NCBI GenBank assembly: GCA_964016885.1
Contig: OZ024758.1
Location: 32,054,001-32,118,000 of the forward strand
DNA length: 64,000 nucleotides
DNA from: Eledone cirrhosa
Taxonomy: Eukaryota
Direction: 5' to 3'
Below, one piece after another: positions 9,841 to 25,603 of this stretch. The notes under the pieces were generated by a model. That model was given only the letters and a program-made list of their open reading frames with translations. It searched no databases and was not told the origin of the DNA. Position 1 is the first letter of the stretch. Each line of letters opens with the position of its first letter. Made by a program: the position numbers and the translations under genes.

Positions 9841-10372
9841 AAAAAAAAAAATATATATATATTTATTTTATTTTGTTTTGTGCATTTGCTTACCACGTGT
9901 GTTTGTTTATTTATTTTCATTTGTGTTTTTTTCCTCTTTCGGATCACTGTCAACTGGCTAATTTTTTAATTTTTGATATTTGACTTTATTTTTTACTTTT
10001 ATTTATTTATTATTTTGATTTCATGTATATGGATTTATCTTTGCCAGTTGATGTGACTGCTTATTTTAGTATATGCGCATGGTCGAGTGTGTATATGTTT
10101 GTTTATTTATTTTTACTTATTTTTATAATTATGAGTGTGTGTGTATATATATATATGTGTGTGTATATATATATGTGTATATATATATACATGTGTTTGT
10201 GTATTTATGTGTATGTGTATGTATATTTATATATATATATATATGTGCATGTGTGTGTGTGTGTTTATATACTTATATATTTATAATCTTTCTTTCTTCT
10301 TCCCTCAGCCTCACTTCCATATTTCTTATATTTTTGTTTTCAAATCCACATTCAATAAAAACACCAGGATTT

Positions 10373-10432
10373 TTTCATTCTGACGACTTAAAGCATATTT
10401 GTTTGCTTTCAAGAAACCACTGGTAAATGAAA
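10373..10432 (+). ncRNA. type I hammerhead ribozyme motif
   Basis: tttcatt CTGACGA cttaaagca tatttgtt tgctttcaa GAAA ccactgg TA aatgaaa. It has a 7-bp stem I, an intact core and a GUA cleavage triplet. Confidence 0.7.
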
Positions 10433-10457
10433 TAATTATCTTATGTTGTTTATTACA

Positions 10458-10501
<44 letters not shown>

Positions 10502-10507
<6 letters not shown>

Positions 10508-11766
10508 GATAAATCTACCAAGAGTTTACGGTAGTGTCCAATCCGTATGAAGAACTCAATGTATTCCGGATATCATGGAAAGAAGAGATGTAATGAAAAT
10601 CCACTTTCGGTGAAAGATAAACGGTATACAGAGTCAAGATAAAATATTAAACAAATAATGAACAAACAATTCCTTATATTAAACAAAAAAAGTTCACTAT
10701 TTAACGATCGTTTCTAGGGCATATATGTGTTATAATTGGTATGCATATTTAACAGATCTATGTACAAAATTATACAAAATTATACAAATTATCAAGATTA
10801 AATATACATACCTAACTCATATATACGCCGTCTTCAGAAATAATGAAGTATATTTATTGATAATAACAACAATTCAAAATATCAGTTCAAAATTGACCAA
10901 TGAAAACACAAAGGGTTAAAAGCAGTTTGGTGTGTGTATATATATGTAAAAACCTTACACATATTTTACAATAATGTGTGTATAATTTGTATGTGTATAC
11001 TAAAAAGATGGATGTAAACACAAAATTTCAAGGTTAATATCTCTGTAAGCTTAATGCGCTGATAAGATACGCAAAGATACTTATGGAGTCAAGCATATAA
11101 ATATATTTTTTTCATACTCACACATATCAGTATAATCACATATACATGTGCGTATATGCATAAATATACACATAACCACGAACATACAAACACACACACT
11201 CCCCCACTCACATTTATATATGCGGATATAAAATCATAAGCAAATAGAAATTAAGTCACTCACATAAAACACTGGTACACACATTTCAAGATCAAGATAC
11301 AGAAATTAGGTGGGAGGGGGGGGGAGGGGTCAGTATTAGATTGTCAGACCAGACAGCCTAAAATAAATGTATCTATAAATTAAGAAAAATAAAAAAATAA
11401 AACCAATAAAATATAATAAATGTACATACACATACAGATATACATACACATACATACATGTACGCGCACATAGAGATATCTACACATACATACATACACA
11501 CATACCTATATTGTCATACACACACATACATTTACACGAACATACACATACACATATAAAAAGATATAAATACACACACACTCACGCGCAACACATACAC
11601 ACATACACATATATATATATATATATATATACATATACACATACACATATATATACACACACACATAGACTCATATATATATATATACACATATACATAC
11701 ACATATATATACAAACATATATATCCCCACACTCATACCACCATAAATATATATACAAACACCCAC

Positions 11767-11804
<38 letters not shown>

Positions 11805-12218
11805 CCACATACACACACATACACATATATATATATATATATATACACACACATACACACACATATATATATATATACACACACATATATATATATACAC
11901 ACACATATAAAAAACAGACATGCACATACATATATACATATACATACATATATTTCATTACCCTTATATATACACACAGTATATATACATACACAACCTC
12001 ACTTATACACATATACACATAAGTTATATTACAATAATAATAAAGAATAATATATATATATATATATACATATATACACACGTATATATATATACATATA
12101 CATATATATATACATACACACATACATACACATACATACATACACCTAAACATATATATATACACATAAATACACACGTACGAATAAAGACATATATTCA
12201 CACATAGACACATATATA

Positions 12219-12249
<31 letters not shown>

Positions 12250-13844
12250 ATCTATATATATACACATACATACATACATACATATACATACATATATACA
12301 CACATACACACACACACACACACACAGACACACATACACACTCACATATATATATATATATATATATATATGTGTATGTGAGTGTGCGCAAATACATATA
12401 TATATACACACACACATACAAACACACACAAACACATACATATGCATATATGCACACACACACACATATATCACATAGATACGAAGATAAACATATAAAT
12501 AGAGAGACATACGAATATATACAGAACCCATATACACATACATACAACCACGCATATACATATACATACATATATACACACATATATATTCCTATATACA
12601 AGCATACACATACATACACATATATACATACACATACACATATACTTACCACACATTCACATACACATACATATATAATATACATATATATACATACATA
12701 TACATACACATGTATGTACAATCATATATACACACTCAATCTTACATTCATATTTACATGCTCATATATGTATTTTTATATTTAGAAATAAAAACCTATA
12801 TAGACACCCTCCTACACATATATTCATACATATACTCTTACAAACACAGATGATAATAGTATGGGGGAAAGGGGGGGTTTGGAGAAGGGGATCAAAGTAA
12901 ATATATGTTTCAAGAAACATATAATATTTTCCGTATCTTAATTCAATGTATGTTCTTACATATTTTCAGTGCTAGGAAATGCGAAATCTATGCATCCCAA
13001 AATAAAAAAGTATACCATTAATCATATGTTAACTAAACCAAAGATAGTCAACATATTGATTTCCAAGGTGTAAATTAGTTAGGTTTATAATATTTGAAGC
13101 AAAATTATGAAGTCAAACAGTAGTAGATTATTAATTACATTATAACTAAATTAAAGTTAATAACGTTATGGTATCAATATTAGGAGATGAATTTAGTAAT
13201 AGGGAAAAGAAACCCAAATAAAAATAAAATAAAGTATTACATCAGTAGTAGCATATAAATTATATGTTAACTAAATTAAAAATTATATATTTATTTCAAT
13301 AGTATATGTTAATTAGTATATGTTAATTAGGTATACAATACATAAAGCAGATATTGTATTTCATCAATAGCATAATATAATTATATGCAAATAAAAATCA
13401 AAATTAATACGCATACATATACATATACATACACATACACATACATATACATATACACACATATATATATATATATACATATATATACACATACATACAT
13501 ATATATTCACATAAATATACATACAGGTACACATACAATACACACATATACATATACATATAGATATACAAATCTTTTTCAAAAAATTGCACAGAATATA
13601 TTAACTAGGTATATATCCAAAACACATCCCATTCTATGATTACATGACATTCTGCAATTCGTCTGTACAAGGATACTAATTTTAAGCAAATTAAAATTAA
13701 AGTTTTAGGTTGATTAAAACTAAAACCAAATAATAAATATATTTCCAAAATGTATATTAATTAGGTCTATAATACTAAAAATTCTTTCTCCGTCATAGGA
13801 TACAAGATATTATTTTGTTATATTTTATCTGTAAAAGAATTATA

Positions 13845-13880
<36 letters not shown>

Positions 13881-16222
13881 ATAATAAAAGGTTAAAATAA
13901 ATTAAAATTAATCTATAAATTAAATTACTGAGTATATATTGGTAATATTTAAAGGTTTTTCAAAATTTATTATTACAAAATATTTTCTCATCTGTAATAA
14001 AATATTAATTAAATTAAATTTATATGTTAACTAACATTTAAATTAAATTAAATTCTAGAATAATGTTATTAATTAGGTTTATAATATTTAAATGTTTTTT
14101 TTAGTTTATGATTACACGATATAATTAATTCCTGTCTTTTATTTAATAAGATATCCCTAGACTTCATTATTTCAAATAGTTCTTGGGAACATAATCTACA
14201 TTCCTTTCTATTATTTTGATAAGGGGTGGCTCTTTTGAGCACACTCCAGGTCAAATCATATTTTATATTTTTATTTTTATAACTATTTATTTTTTCTGCT
14301 AGAGATGTTGTATTAGCCAGTGCAGCATTTTTAAAGCTATGTTTGTGGGTATTATACCTTGTCTTAAAATTGTTAGAGGTAGCTCCTATATATGAGCAAA
14401 TAGAATCTTTAGTTTTAACATTACATTTATAGACTATGTTGTTAACAAGACAATTCCCTTTTAATGGGCAGTTTGTTTTGTTTCTACAGTTACATCCTTT
14501 CGTTAATTCTGTATTTGAGGAGATATTATTGTTAATTTGATGTACTGGTGGTATACTTATGGTTTTCTTACATTTATATGCATTATATGCACTTATATTT
14601 TGTTTTATGTTATTTGTTGTAGAGTATGAGAATTTAACTGTAGACCTATTTAAGATTTGATGGTATTTGTGGTTTGGCGGGAAGTTTTTCTCAAGGATAT
14701 AAAAAAATTTTTTAGCAATATTATCCTTAACTTGTAAATTAAAAGGAGCATTATACCAAGTAACTCGTCTATTACGGTTTCTATGTTGTTTATTATTTTT
14801 ATTATTTTTATATGTTGTATCATGATTTTTACTAGGAGGATTAATGTTAATGATCTCACCACAACTATTTTTAGTTATATTTGTAGATTTAGGTGTTTTA
14901 TCTTTTTTATTAGGAGTTTTATTATTAATATTTATTATAGTCGTATGATGAGTAGTTTTTTGAGGGTTACTATACTTTATATTAGAAGATTTAGTATTTT
15001 GGGGTATACTGTGGGTGGCATTTAGGTGTGTACTTTTCATTTGGCGTTTGTTGGTAATATTATGCTGTATGCTTTCAGTATTTTTAGTAGAAGGTATATA
15101 CTCTAATCTATTTTTGTGGCCACTTCTATCTAGAGCTTCATTATAAAAGGTCGCATTTTTATCAAATACATCTTGGTTAGAAGAAAGGTTAGAAATTCTA
15201 AGTGATATATTATATGCAAGGTTTTTAAGGATAGATTTAGGGTGATTAGATTGTGAGTGTATGTAATGTAAGTTTTGGTTAGGTTTATGGTAAGGTTGGT
15301 ATATACCCGTAGCTAAATCTAAAGTTATATCTAGGAAATTTACTACTTTACTTGTTTTTTCAAAAGTAATATTAAGATTATAATAGTCTTTAAGGAAAGT
15401 TCTAATATGCTTTTTGTTTTTTTCGATTTCTGAAAGGCTAAGGTTGTTAGAAAGAAGAAGACAGTCATCACGATATAAACCACCTTTGAGGTGGGGAAAA
15501 GAGGCATTTATGTTGAAAAGGAGAAAGAGGCCCACAAGATCAGTAATTTGGGCGGAATCGCTTGAACCCATAGTAATATCAAAAAGATTACTGTAAGTGT
15601 TTCTGGTCCAGTACTCATTCTGAAATTCAATAAGTGTTTGTCTAGCATGTATAATAATGTTAATGTCATCCGAAGTTAAATTAGATCTATTTTTAGCAAA
15701 TATTAATGCTTTGTTCAGGAGTATGGGTGATATAGAAGAATAGTAATTATCTATATCAAATTGTATGAAAGAAGTAGAAGATTTACACCTAATATTTTTA
15801 AACCAATTAATTACCTGGGAGGTGTTTTCCCAGAGTGGTAAAATAACGTATTTTCTTATTTGTGGGATGACTCTATCTAAAATTTTTTTGCTAATTATTC
15901 CAATATCTGATTTGGAGGGACATATAAGTCTAATAGAAGGATTAGAGTTAAAGTTAGATTTGTGATCTTTCAGGTTGAAGTGTGGACTTTTCAAAGCCAA
16001 AGGTTCAGTTCTATCTTCAATATTTAGTTTTTTTACTATGTTGTGTGTTTTGTTGTTGATGTTGGTGAGTGACACATTATTAGATTTTTTATAACTTTTT
16101 CTGAGTTCTTTATATATGAACTCATTATAATGTTCAATATCCATATGATACAAGTTACCAGTTTTGTCCGAGTGGACATGGATTTTTTTAGACTTTTTTA
16201 GGTCCAATAGGGTAGAATCAAG
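10502..16222 (-). mobile_element. Naiad-like Penelope element, copy A (5'-truncated, inverted)
   Basis: Reverse complement of the 21593-27185 unit plus ~140 bp of the next unit. Contains the RT+GIY-YIG ORF 14069-16207 and a ~3.5-kb microsatellite-rich 3' region. Confidence 0.9.
14069..16207 (-). CDS. Penelope-like RT + GIY-YIG endonuclease (N-terminally truncated, otherwise open, 712 aa)
   Basis: SDKTGNLY, RLICPSKSDIG, FIQFDIDNYYSSI, FDITMGSSDSAQITDLVGLF, GLYRDD, NFLDITLDL, CNCRNKTNCPLKGNC, IVYKC...SYIGAT, CRLC, SCNH. Confidence 0.88.
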   Translation of the reverse strand: MDLKKSKKIHVHSDKTGNLYHMDIEHYNEFIYKELRKSYKKSNNVSLTNINNKTHNIVKKLNIEDRTEPLALKSPHFNLKDHKSNFNSNPSIRLICPSKSDIGIISKKILDRVIPQIRKYVILPLWENTSQVINWFKNIRCKSSTSFIQFDIDNYYSSISPILLNKALIFAKNRSNLTSDDINIIIHARQTLIEFQNEYWTRNTYSNLFDITMGSSDSAQITDLVGLFLLFNINASFPHLKGGLYRDDCLLLSNNLSLSEIEKNKKHIRTFLKDYYNLNITFEKTSKVVNFLDITLDLATGIYQPYHKPNQNLHYIHSQSNHPKSILKNLAYNISLRISNLSSNQDVFDKNATFYNEALDRSGHKNRLEYIPSTKNTESIQHNITNKRQMKSTHLNATHSIPQNTKSSNIKYSNPQKTTHHTTIININNKTPNKKDKTPKSTNITKNSCGEIININPPSKNHDTTYKNNKNNKQHRNRNRRVTWYNAPFNLQVKDNIAKKFFYILEKNFPPNHKYHQILNRSTVKFSYSTTNNIKQNISAYNAYKCKKTISIPPVHQINNNISSNTELTKGCNCRNKTNCPLKGNCLVNNIVYKCNVKTKDSICSYIGATSNNFKTRYNTHKHSFKNAALANTTSLAEKINSYKNKNIKYDLTWSVLKRATPYQNNRKECRLCSQELFEIMKSRDILLNKRQELIISCNHKLKKTFKYYKPN

Positions 16223-17771
16223 AAATCGAAAAAAACAAAAAGCATATTAGAACTTTCCTTAAAGACTATTATAATCTTAATATTACTTTTGAAAAAACAA
16301 GTAAAGTAGTAAATTTCCTAGATATAACTTTAGATTTAGCTACGGGTATATACCAACCTTACCATAAACCTAACCAAAACTTACATTACATACACTCACA
16401 ATCTAATCACCCTAAATCTATCCTTAAAAACCTTGCATATAATATATCACTTAGAATTTCTAACCTTTCTTCTAACCAAGATGTATTTGATAAAAATGCG
16501 ACCTTTTATAATGAAGCTCTAGATAGAAGTGGCCACAAAAATAGATTAGAGTATATACCTTCTACTAAAAATACTGAAAGCATACAGCATAATATTACCA
16601 ACAAACGCCAAATGAAAAGTACACACCTAAATGCCACCCACAGTATACCCCAAAATACTAAATCTTCTAATATAAAGTATAGTAACCCTCAAAAAACTAC
16701 TCATCATACGACTATAATAAATATTAATAATAAAACTCCTAATAAAAAAGATAAAACACCTAAATCTACAAATATAACTAAAAATAGTTGTGGTGAGATC
16801 ATTAACATTAATCCTCCTAGTAAAAATCATGATACAACATATAAAAATAATAAAAATAATAAACAACATAGAAACCGTAATAGACGAGTTACTTGGTATA
16901 ATGCTCCTTTTAATTTACAAGTTAAGGATAATATTGCTAAAAAATTTTTTTATATCCTTGAGAAAAACTTCCCGCCAAACCACAAATACCATCAAATCTT
17001 AAATAGGTCTACAGTTAAATTCTCATACTCTACAACAAATAACATAAAACAAAATATAAGTGCATATAATGCATATAAATGTAAGAAAACCATAAGTATA
17101 CCACCAGTACATCAAATTAACAATAATATCTCCTCAAATACAGAATTAACGAAAGGATGTAACTGTAGAAACAAAACAAACTGCCCATTAAAAGGGAATT
17201 GTCTTGTTAACAACATAGTCTATAAATGTAATGTTAAAACTAAAGATTCTATTTGCTCATATATAGGAGCTACCTCTAACAATTTTAAGACAAGGTATAA
17301 TACCCACAAACATAGCTTTAAAAATGCTGCACTGGCTAATACAACATCTCTAGCAGAAAAAATAAATAGTTATAAAAATAAAAATATAAAATATGATTTG
17401 ACCTGGAGTGTGCTCAAAAGAGCCACCCCTTATCAAAATAATAGAAAGGAATGTAGATTATGTTCCCAAGAACTATTTGAAATAATGAAGTCTAGGGATA
17501 TCTTATTAAATAAAAGACAGGAATTAATTATATCGTGTAATCATAAACTAAAAAAAACATTTAAATATTATAAACCTAATTAATAACATTATTCTAGAAT
17601 TTAATTTAATTTAAATGTTAGTTAACATATAAATTTAATTTAATTAATATTTTATTACAGATGAGAAAATATTTTGTAATAATAAATTTTGAAAAACCTT
17701 TAAATATTACCAATATATACTCAGTAATTTAATTTATAGATTAATTTTAATTTATTTTAACCTTTTATTAT

Positions 17772-17807
<36 letters not shown>

Positions 17808-19402
17808 TATAATTCTTTTACAGATAAAATATAACAAAATAATATCTTGTATCCTATGACGGAGAAAGAATTTTTAGTATTATAGACCTAATTAATATAC
17901 ATTTTGGAAATATATTTATTATTTGGTTTTAGTTTTAATCAACCTAAAACTTTAATTTTAATTTGCTTAAAATTAGTATCCTTGTACAGACGAATTGCAG
18001 AATGTCATGTAATCATAGAATGGGATGTGTTTTGGATATATACCTAGTTAATATATTCTGTGCAATTTTTTGAAAAAGATTTGTATATCTATATGTATAT
18101 GTATATGTGTGTATTGTATGTGTACCTGTATGTATATTTATGTGAATATATATGTATGTATGTGTATATATATGTATATATATATATATATGTGTGTATA
18201 TGTATATGTATGTGTATGTGTATGTATATGTATATGTATGCGTATTAATTTTGATTTTTATTTGCATATAATTATATTATGCTATTGATGAAATACAATA
18301 TCTGCTTTATGTATTGTATACCTAATTAACATATACTAATTAACATATACTATTGAAATAAATATATAATTTTTAATTTAGTTAACATATAATTTATATG
18401 CTACTACTGATGTAATACTTTATTTTATTTTTATTTGGGTTTCTTTTCCCTATTACTAAATTCATCTCCTAATATTGATACCATAACGTTATTAACTTTA
18501 ATTTAGTTATAATGTAATTAATAATCTACTACTGTTTGACTTCATAATTTTGCTTCAAATATTATAAACCTAACTAATTTACACCTTGGAAATCAATATG
18601 TTGACTATCTTTGGTTTAGTTAACATATGATTAATGGTATACTTTTTTATTTTGGGATGCATAGATTTCGCATTTCCTAGCACTGAAAATATGTAAGAAC
18701 ATACATTGAATTAAGATACGGAAAATATTATATGTTTCTTGAAACATATATTTACTTTGATCCCCTTCTCCAAACCCCCCCTTTCCCCCATACTATTATC
18801 ATCTGTGTTTGTAAGAGTATATGTATGAATATATGTGTAGGAGGGTGTCTATATAGGTTTTTATTTCTAAATATAAAAATACATATATGAGCATGTAAAT
18901 ATGAATGTAAGATTGAGTGTGTATATATGATTGTACATACATGTGTATGTATATGTATGTATATATATGTATATTATATATGTATGTGTATGTGAATGTG
19001 TGGTAAGTATATGTGTATGTGTATGTATATATGTGTATGTATGTGTATGCTTGTATATAGGAATATATATGTGTGTATATATGTATGTATATGTATATGC
19101 GTGGTTGTATGTATGTGTATATGGGTTCTGTATATATTCGTATGTCTCTCTATTTATATGTTTATCTTCGTATCTATGTGATATATGTGTGTGTGTGTGC
19201 ATATATGCATATGTATGTGTTTGTGTGTGTTTGTATGTGTGTGTGTATATATATATGTATTTGCGCACACTCACATACACATATATATATATATATATAT
19301 ATATATGTGAGTGTGTATGTGTGTCTGTGTGTGTGTGTGTGTGTGTATGTGTGTATATATGTATGTATATGTATGTATGTATGTATGTGTATATATATAG
19401 AT

Positions 19403-19433
<31 letters not shown>

Positions 19434-19847
19434 TATATATGTGTCTATGTGTGAATATATGTCTTTATTCGTACGTGTGTATTTATGTGTATATATATAT
19501 GTTTAGGTGTATGTATGTATGTGTATGTATGTGTGTATGTATATATATATGTATATGTATATATATATACGTGTGTATATATGTATATATATATATATAT
19601 ATTATTCTTTATTATTATTGTAATATAACTTATGTGTATATGTGTATAAGTGAGGTTGTGTATGTATATATACTGTGTGTATATATAAGGGTAATGAAAT
19701 ATATGTATGTATATGTATATATGTATGTGCATGTCTGTTTTTTATATGTGTGTGTATATATATATATGTGTGTGTATATATATATATATGTGTGTGTATG
19801 TGTGTGTATATATATATATATATATATGTGTATGTGTGTGTATGTGG

Positions 19848-19885
<38 letters not shown>

Positions 19886-21150
19886 GTGGGTGTTTGTATA
19901 TATATTTATGGTGGTATGAGTGTGGGGATATATATGTTTGTATATATATGTGTATGTATATGTGTATATATATATATATGAGTCTATGTGTGTGTGTATA
20001 TATATGTGTATGTGTATATGTATATATATATATATATATATATGTGTATGTGTGTATGTGTTGCGCGTGAGTGTGTGTGTATTTATATCTTTTTATATGT
20101 GTATGTGTATGTTCGTGTAAATGTATGTGTGTGTATGACAATATAGGTATGTGTGTATGTATGTATGTGTAGATATCTCTATGTGCGCGTACATGTATGT
20201 ATGTGTATGTATATCTGTATGTGTATGTACATTTATTATATTTTATTGGTTTTATTTTTTTATTTTTCTTAATTTATAGATACATTTATTTTAGGCTGTC
20301 TGGTCTGACAATCTAATACTGACCCCCCCCCCCCCCTCCCACCTAATTTCTGTATCTTGATCTTGAAATGTGTGTACCAGTGTTTTATGTGAGTGACTTA
20401 ATTTCTATTTGCTTATGATTTTATATCCGCATATATAAATGTGAGTGGGGGAGTGTGTGTGTTTGTATGTTCGTGGTTATGTGTATATTTATGCATATAC
20501 GCACATGTATATGTGATTATACTGATATGTGTGAGTATGAAAAAAATATATTTATATGCTTGACTCCATAAGTATCTTTGCGTATCTTATCAGCGCATTA
20601 AGCTTACAGAGATATTAACCTTGAAATTTTGTGTTTACATCCATCTTTTTAGTATACACATACAAATTATACACACATTATTGTAAAATATGTGTAAGGT
20701 TTTTACATATATATACACACACCAAACTGCTTTTAACCCTTTGTGTTTTCATTGGTCAATTTTGAACTGATATTTTGAATTGTTGTTATTATCAATAAAT
20801 ATACTTCATTATTTCTGAAGACGGCGTATATATGAGTTAGGTATGTATATTTAATCTTGATAATTTGTATAATTTTGTATAATTTTGTACATAGATCTGT
20901 TAAATATGCATACCAATTATAACACATATATGCCCTAGAAACGATCGTTAAATAGTGAACTTTTTTTGTTTAATATAAGGAATTGTTTGTTCATTATTTG
21001 TTTAATATTTTATCTTGACTCTGTATACCGTTTATCTTTCACCGAAAGTGGATTTTCATTACATCTCTTCTTTCCATGATATCCGGAATACATTGAGTTC
21101 TTCATACGGATTGGACACTACCGTAAACTCTTGGTAGATTTATCTACATA
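16221..21150 (+). mobile_element. Naiad-like Penelope element, copy B (5'-truncated within RT), in tandem with copy C
   Basis: Starts at agaaatcgaaaaaaac (equivalent to 22384). Includes ORF 16612-17583 and the 3' region. Mirror image of 10502-15431. Confidence 0.9.
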
Positions 21151-23934
21151 ATTTTGCTCCTATTTTCACGGAAATATTCGTATTTTTGTACTGTATGTGT
21201 GTATTAATTTTATATTTATGTATAAACATTTATATATATGTATGATTTTGTAAACCCATATACATTTAGTTGAGCTCTTTCAATTGTCCATCATCCATAT
21301 CACAATGGAAAAACAATATTTAGGAACCTCCTTAAAAAACATACCAATACCTTCTAAGGACGACTTCTTACTCCTTATGATTCAGAAAACTAATAATTTT
21401 ATCAGAAGGGTTAGATGGAGAGCCTACCACTTCGATAGAAAATCTAAACAGGCAGATCGGAAATATATGTATGATTTCAACACTTACAAGAATCCACCAC
21501 ACAACTTTTTACTTGAAGACTTCGAGAAAGACCTTTTTAATTTAATTAAACACCTCAAATTTAAAAAGTATAAATCCGTCTTTCAAAAGGACCTTGATTC
21601 TACCCTATTGGACCTAAAAAAGTCTAAAAAAATCCATGTCCACTCGGACAAAACTGGTAACTTGTATCATATGGATATTGAACATTATAATGAGTTCATA
21701 TATAAAGAACTCAGAAAAAGTTATAAAAAATCTAATAATGTGTCACTCACCAACATCAACAACAAAACACACAACATAGTAAAAAAACTAAATATTGAAG
21801 ATAGAACTGAACCTTTGGCTTTGAAAAGTCCACACTTCAACCTGAAAGATCACAAATCTAACTTTAACTCTAATCCTTCTATTAGACTTATATGTCCCTC
21901 CAAATCAGATATTGGAATAATTAGCAAAAAAATTTTAGATAGAGTCATCCCACAAATAAGAAAATACGTTATTTTACCACTCTGGGAAAACACCTCCCAG
22001 GTAATTAATTGGTTTAAAAATATTAGGTGTAAATCTTCTACTTCTTTCATACAATTTGATATAGATAATTACTATTCTTCTATATCACCCATACTCCTGA
22101 ACAAAGCATTAATATTTGCTAAAAATAGATCTAATTTAACTTCGGATGACATTAACATTATTATACATGCTTGACAAACACTTATTGAATTTCAGAATGA
22201 GTACTGGACCAGAAACACTTACAGTAATCTTTTTGATATTACTATGGGTTCAAGCGATTCCGCCCAAATTACTGATCTTGTGGGCCTCTTTCTCCTTTTC
22301 AACATAAATGCCTCTTTTCCCCACCTCAAAGGTGGTTTATATCGTGATGACTGTCTTCTTCTTTCTAACAACCTTAGCCTTTCAGAAATCGAAAAAAACA
22401 AAAAGCATATTAGAACTTTCCTTAAAGACTATTATAATCTTAATATTACTTTTGAAAAAACAAGTAAAGTAGTAAATTTCCTAGATATAACTTTAGATTT
22501 AGCTACGGGTATATACCAACCTTACCATAAACCTAACCAAAACTTACATTACATACACTCACAATCTAATCACCCTAAATCTATCCTTAAAAACCTTGCA
22601 TATAATATATCACTTAGAATTTCTAACCTTTCTTCTAACCAAGATGTATTTGATAAAAATGCGACCTTTTATAATGAAGCTCTAGATAGAAGTGGCCACA
22701 AAAATAGATTAGAGTATATACCTTCTACTAAAAATACTGAAAGCATACAGCATAATATTACCAACAAACGCCAAATGAAAAGTACACACCTAAATGCCAC
22801 CCACAGTATACCCCAAAATACTAAATCTTCTAATATAAAGTATAGTAACCCTCAAAAAACTACTCATCATACGACTATAATAAATATTAATAATAAAACT
22901 CCTAATAAAAAAGATAAAACACCTAAATCTACAAATATAACTAAAAATAGTTGTGGTGAGATCATTAACATTAATCCTCCTAGTAAAAATCATGATACAA
23001 CATATAAAAATAATAAAAATAATAAACAACATAGAAACCGTAATAGACGAGTTACTTGGTATAATGCTCCTTTTAATTTACAAGTTAAGGATAATATTGC
23101 TAAAAAATTTTTTTATATCCTTGAGAAAAACTTCCCGCCAAACCACAAATACCATCAAATCTTAAATAGGTCTACAGTTAAATTCTCATACTCTACAACA
23201 AATAACATAAAACAAAATATAAGTGCATATAATGCATATAAATGTAAGAAAACCATAAGTATACCACCAGTACATCAAATTAACAATAATATCTCCTCAA
23301 ATACAGAATTAACGAAAGGATGTAACTGTAGAAACAAAAAAAACTGCCCATTAAAAGGGAATTGTCTTGTTAACAACATAGTCTATAAATGTAATGTTAA
23401 AACTAAAGATTCTATTTGCTCATATATAGGAGCTACCTCTAACAATTTTAAGACAAGGTATAATACCCACAAACATAGCTTTAAAAATGCTGCACTGGCT
23501 AATACAACATCTCTAGCAGAAAAAATAAATAGTTATAAAAATAAAAATATAAAATATGATTTGACCTGGAGTGTGCTCAAAAGAGCCACCCCTTATCAAA
23601 ATAATAGAAAGGAATGTAGATTATGTTCCCAAGAACTATTTGAAATAATGAAGTCTAGGGATATCTTATTAAATAAAAGACAGGAATTAATTATATCGTG
23701 TAATCATAAACTAAAAAAAACATTTAAATATTATAAACCTAATTAATAACATTATTCTAGAATTTAATTTAATTTAAATGTTAGTTAACATATAAATTTA
23801 ATTTAATTAATATTTTATTACAGATGAGAAAATATTTTGTAATAATAAATTTTGAAAAACCTTTAAATATTACCAATATATACTCAGTAATTTAATTTAT
23901 AGATTAATTTTAATTTATTTTAACCTTTTATTAT

Positions 23935-23975
<41 letters not shown>

Positions 23976-25444
23976 TATAATTCTTTTACAGATAAAATAT
24001 AACAAAATAATATCTTGTATCCTATGACGGAGAAAGAATTTTTAGTATTATAGACCTAATTAATATACATTTTGGAAATATATTTATTATTTGGTTTTAG
24101 TTTTAATCAACCTAAAACTTTAATTTTAATTTGCTTAAAATTAGTATCCTTGTACAGACGAATTGCAGAATGTCATGTAATCATAGAATGGGATGTGTTT
24201 TGGATATATACCTAGTTAATATATTCTGTGCAATTTTTTGAAAAAGATTTGTATATCTATATGTATATGTATATGTGTGTATTGTATGTGTACCTGTATG
24301 TATATTTATGTGAATATATATGTATGTATGTGTATATATATGTATATATATATATATATGTGTGTATATGTATATGTATGTGTATGTGTATGTATATGTA
24401 TATGTATGCGTATTAATTTTGATTTTTATTTGCATATAATTATATTATGCTATTGATGAAATACAATATCTGCTTTATGTATTGTATACCTAATTAACAT
24501 ATACTAATTAACATATACTATTGAAATAAATATATAATTTTTAATTTAGTTAACATATAATTTATATGCTACTACTGATGTAATACTTTATTTTATTTTT
24601 ATTTGGGTTTCTTTTCCCTATTACTAAATTCATCTCCTAATATTGATACCATAACGTTATTAACTTTAATTTAGTTATAATGTAATTAATAATCTACTAC
24701 TGTTTGACTTCATAATTTTGCTTCAAATATTATAAACCTAACTAATTTACACCTTGGAAATCAATATGTTGACTATCTTTGGTTTAGTTAACATATGATT
24801 AATGGTATACTTTTTTATTTTGGGATGCATAGATTTCGCATTTCCTAGCACTGAAAATATGTAAGAACATACATTGAATTAAGATACGGAAAATATTATA
24901 TGTTTCTTGAAACATATATTTACTTTGATCCCCTTCTCCAAACCCCCCCTTTCCCCCATACTATTATCATCTGTGTTTGTAAGAGTATATGTATGAATAT
25001 ATGTGTAGGAGGGTGTCTATATAGGTTTTTATTTCTAAATATAAAAATACATATATGAGCATGTAAATATGAATGTAAGATTGAGTGTGTATATATGATT
25101 GTACATACATGTGTATGTATATGTATGTATATATATGTATATTATATATGTATGTGTATGTGAATGTGTGGTAAGTATATGTGTATGTGTATGTATATAT
25201 GTGTATGTATGTGTATGCTTGTATATAGGAATATATATGTGTGTATATATGTATGTATATGTATATGCGTGGTTGTATGTATGTGTATATGGGTTCTGTA
25301 TATATTCGTATGTCTCTCTATTTATATGTTTATCTTCGTATCTATGTGATATATGTGTGTGTGTGTGCATATATGCATATGTATGTGTTTGTGTGTGTTT
25401 GTATGTGTGTGTGTATATATATATGTATTTGCGCACACTCACAT

Positions 25445-25479
<35 letters not shown>

Positions 25480-25572
25480 AGTGTGTATGTGTGTCTGTGT
25501 GTGTGTGTGTGTGTGTATGTGTGTATATATGTATGTATATGTATGTATGTATGTATGTGTATATATATAGAT

Positions 25573-25603
<31 letters not shown>

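Noticed and set aside
21085-21150. Hairpin-rich segment at the PLE unit boundary as a ribozyme
   Set aside because: Short stems are present (tacgg/ccgta, gtagat/atctac), but no CUGANGA/GAAA core could be found on either strand.
22172-22174. In-frame TGA in the PLE copy C ORF as possible selenocysteine
   Set aside because: Copy A has AGA (Arg) at the same codon and the second family also has Arg (LAARRT), so it is an ordinary nonsense change or a base error.
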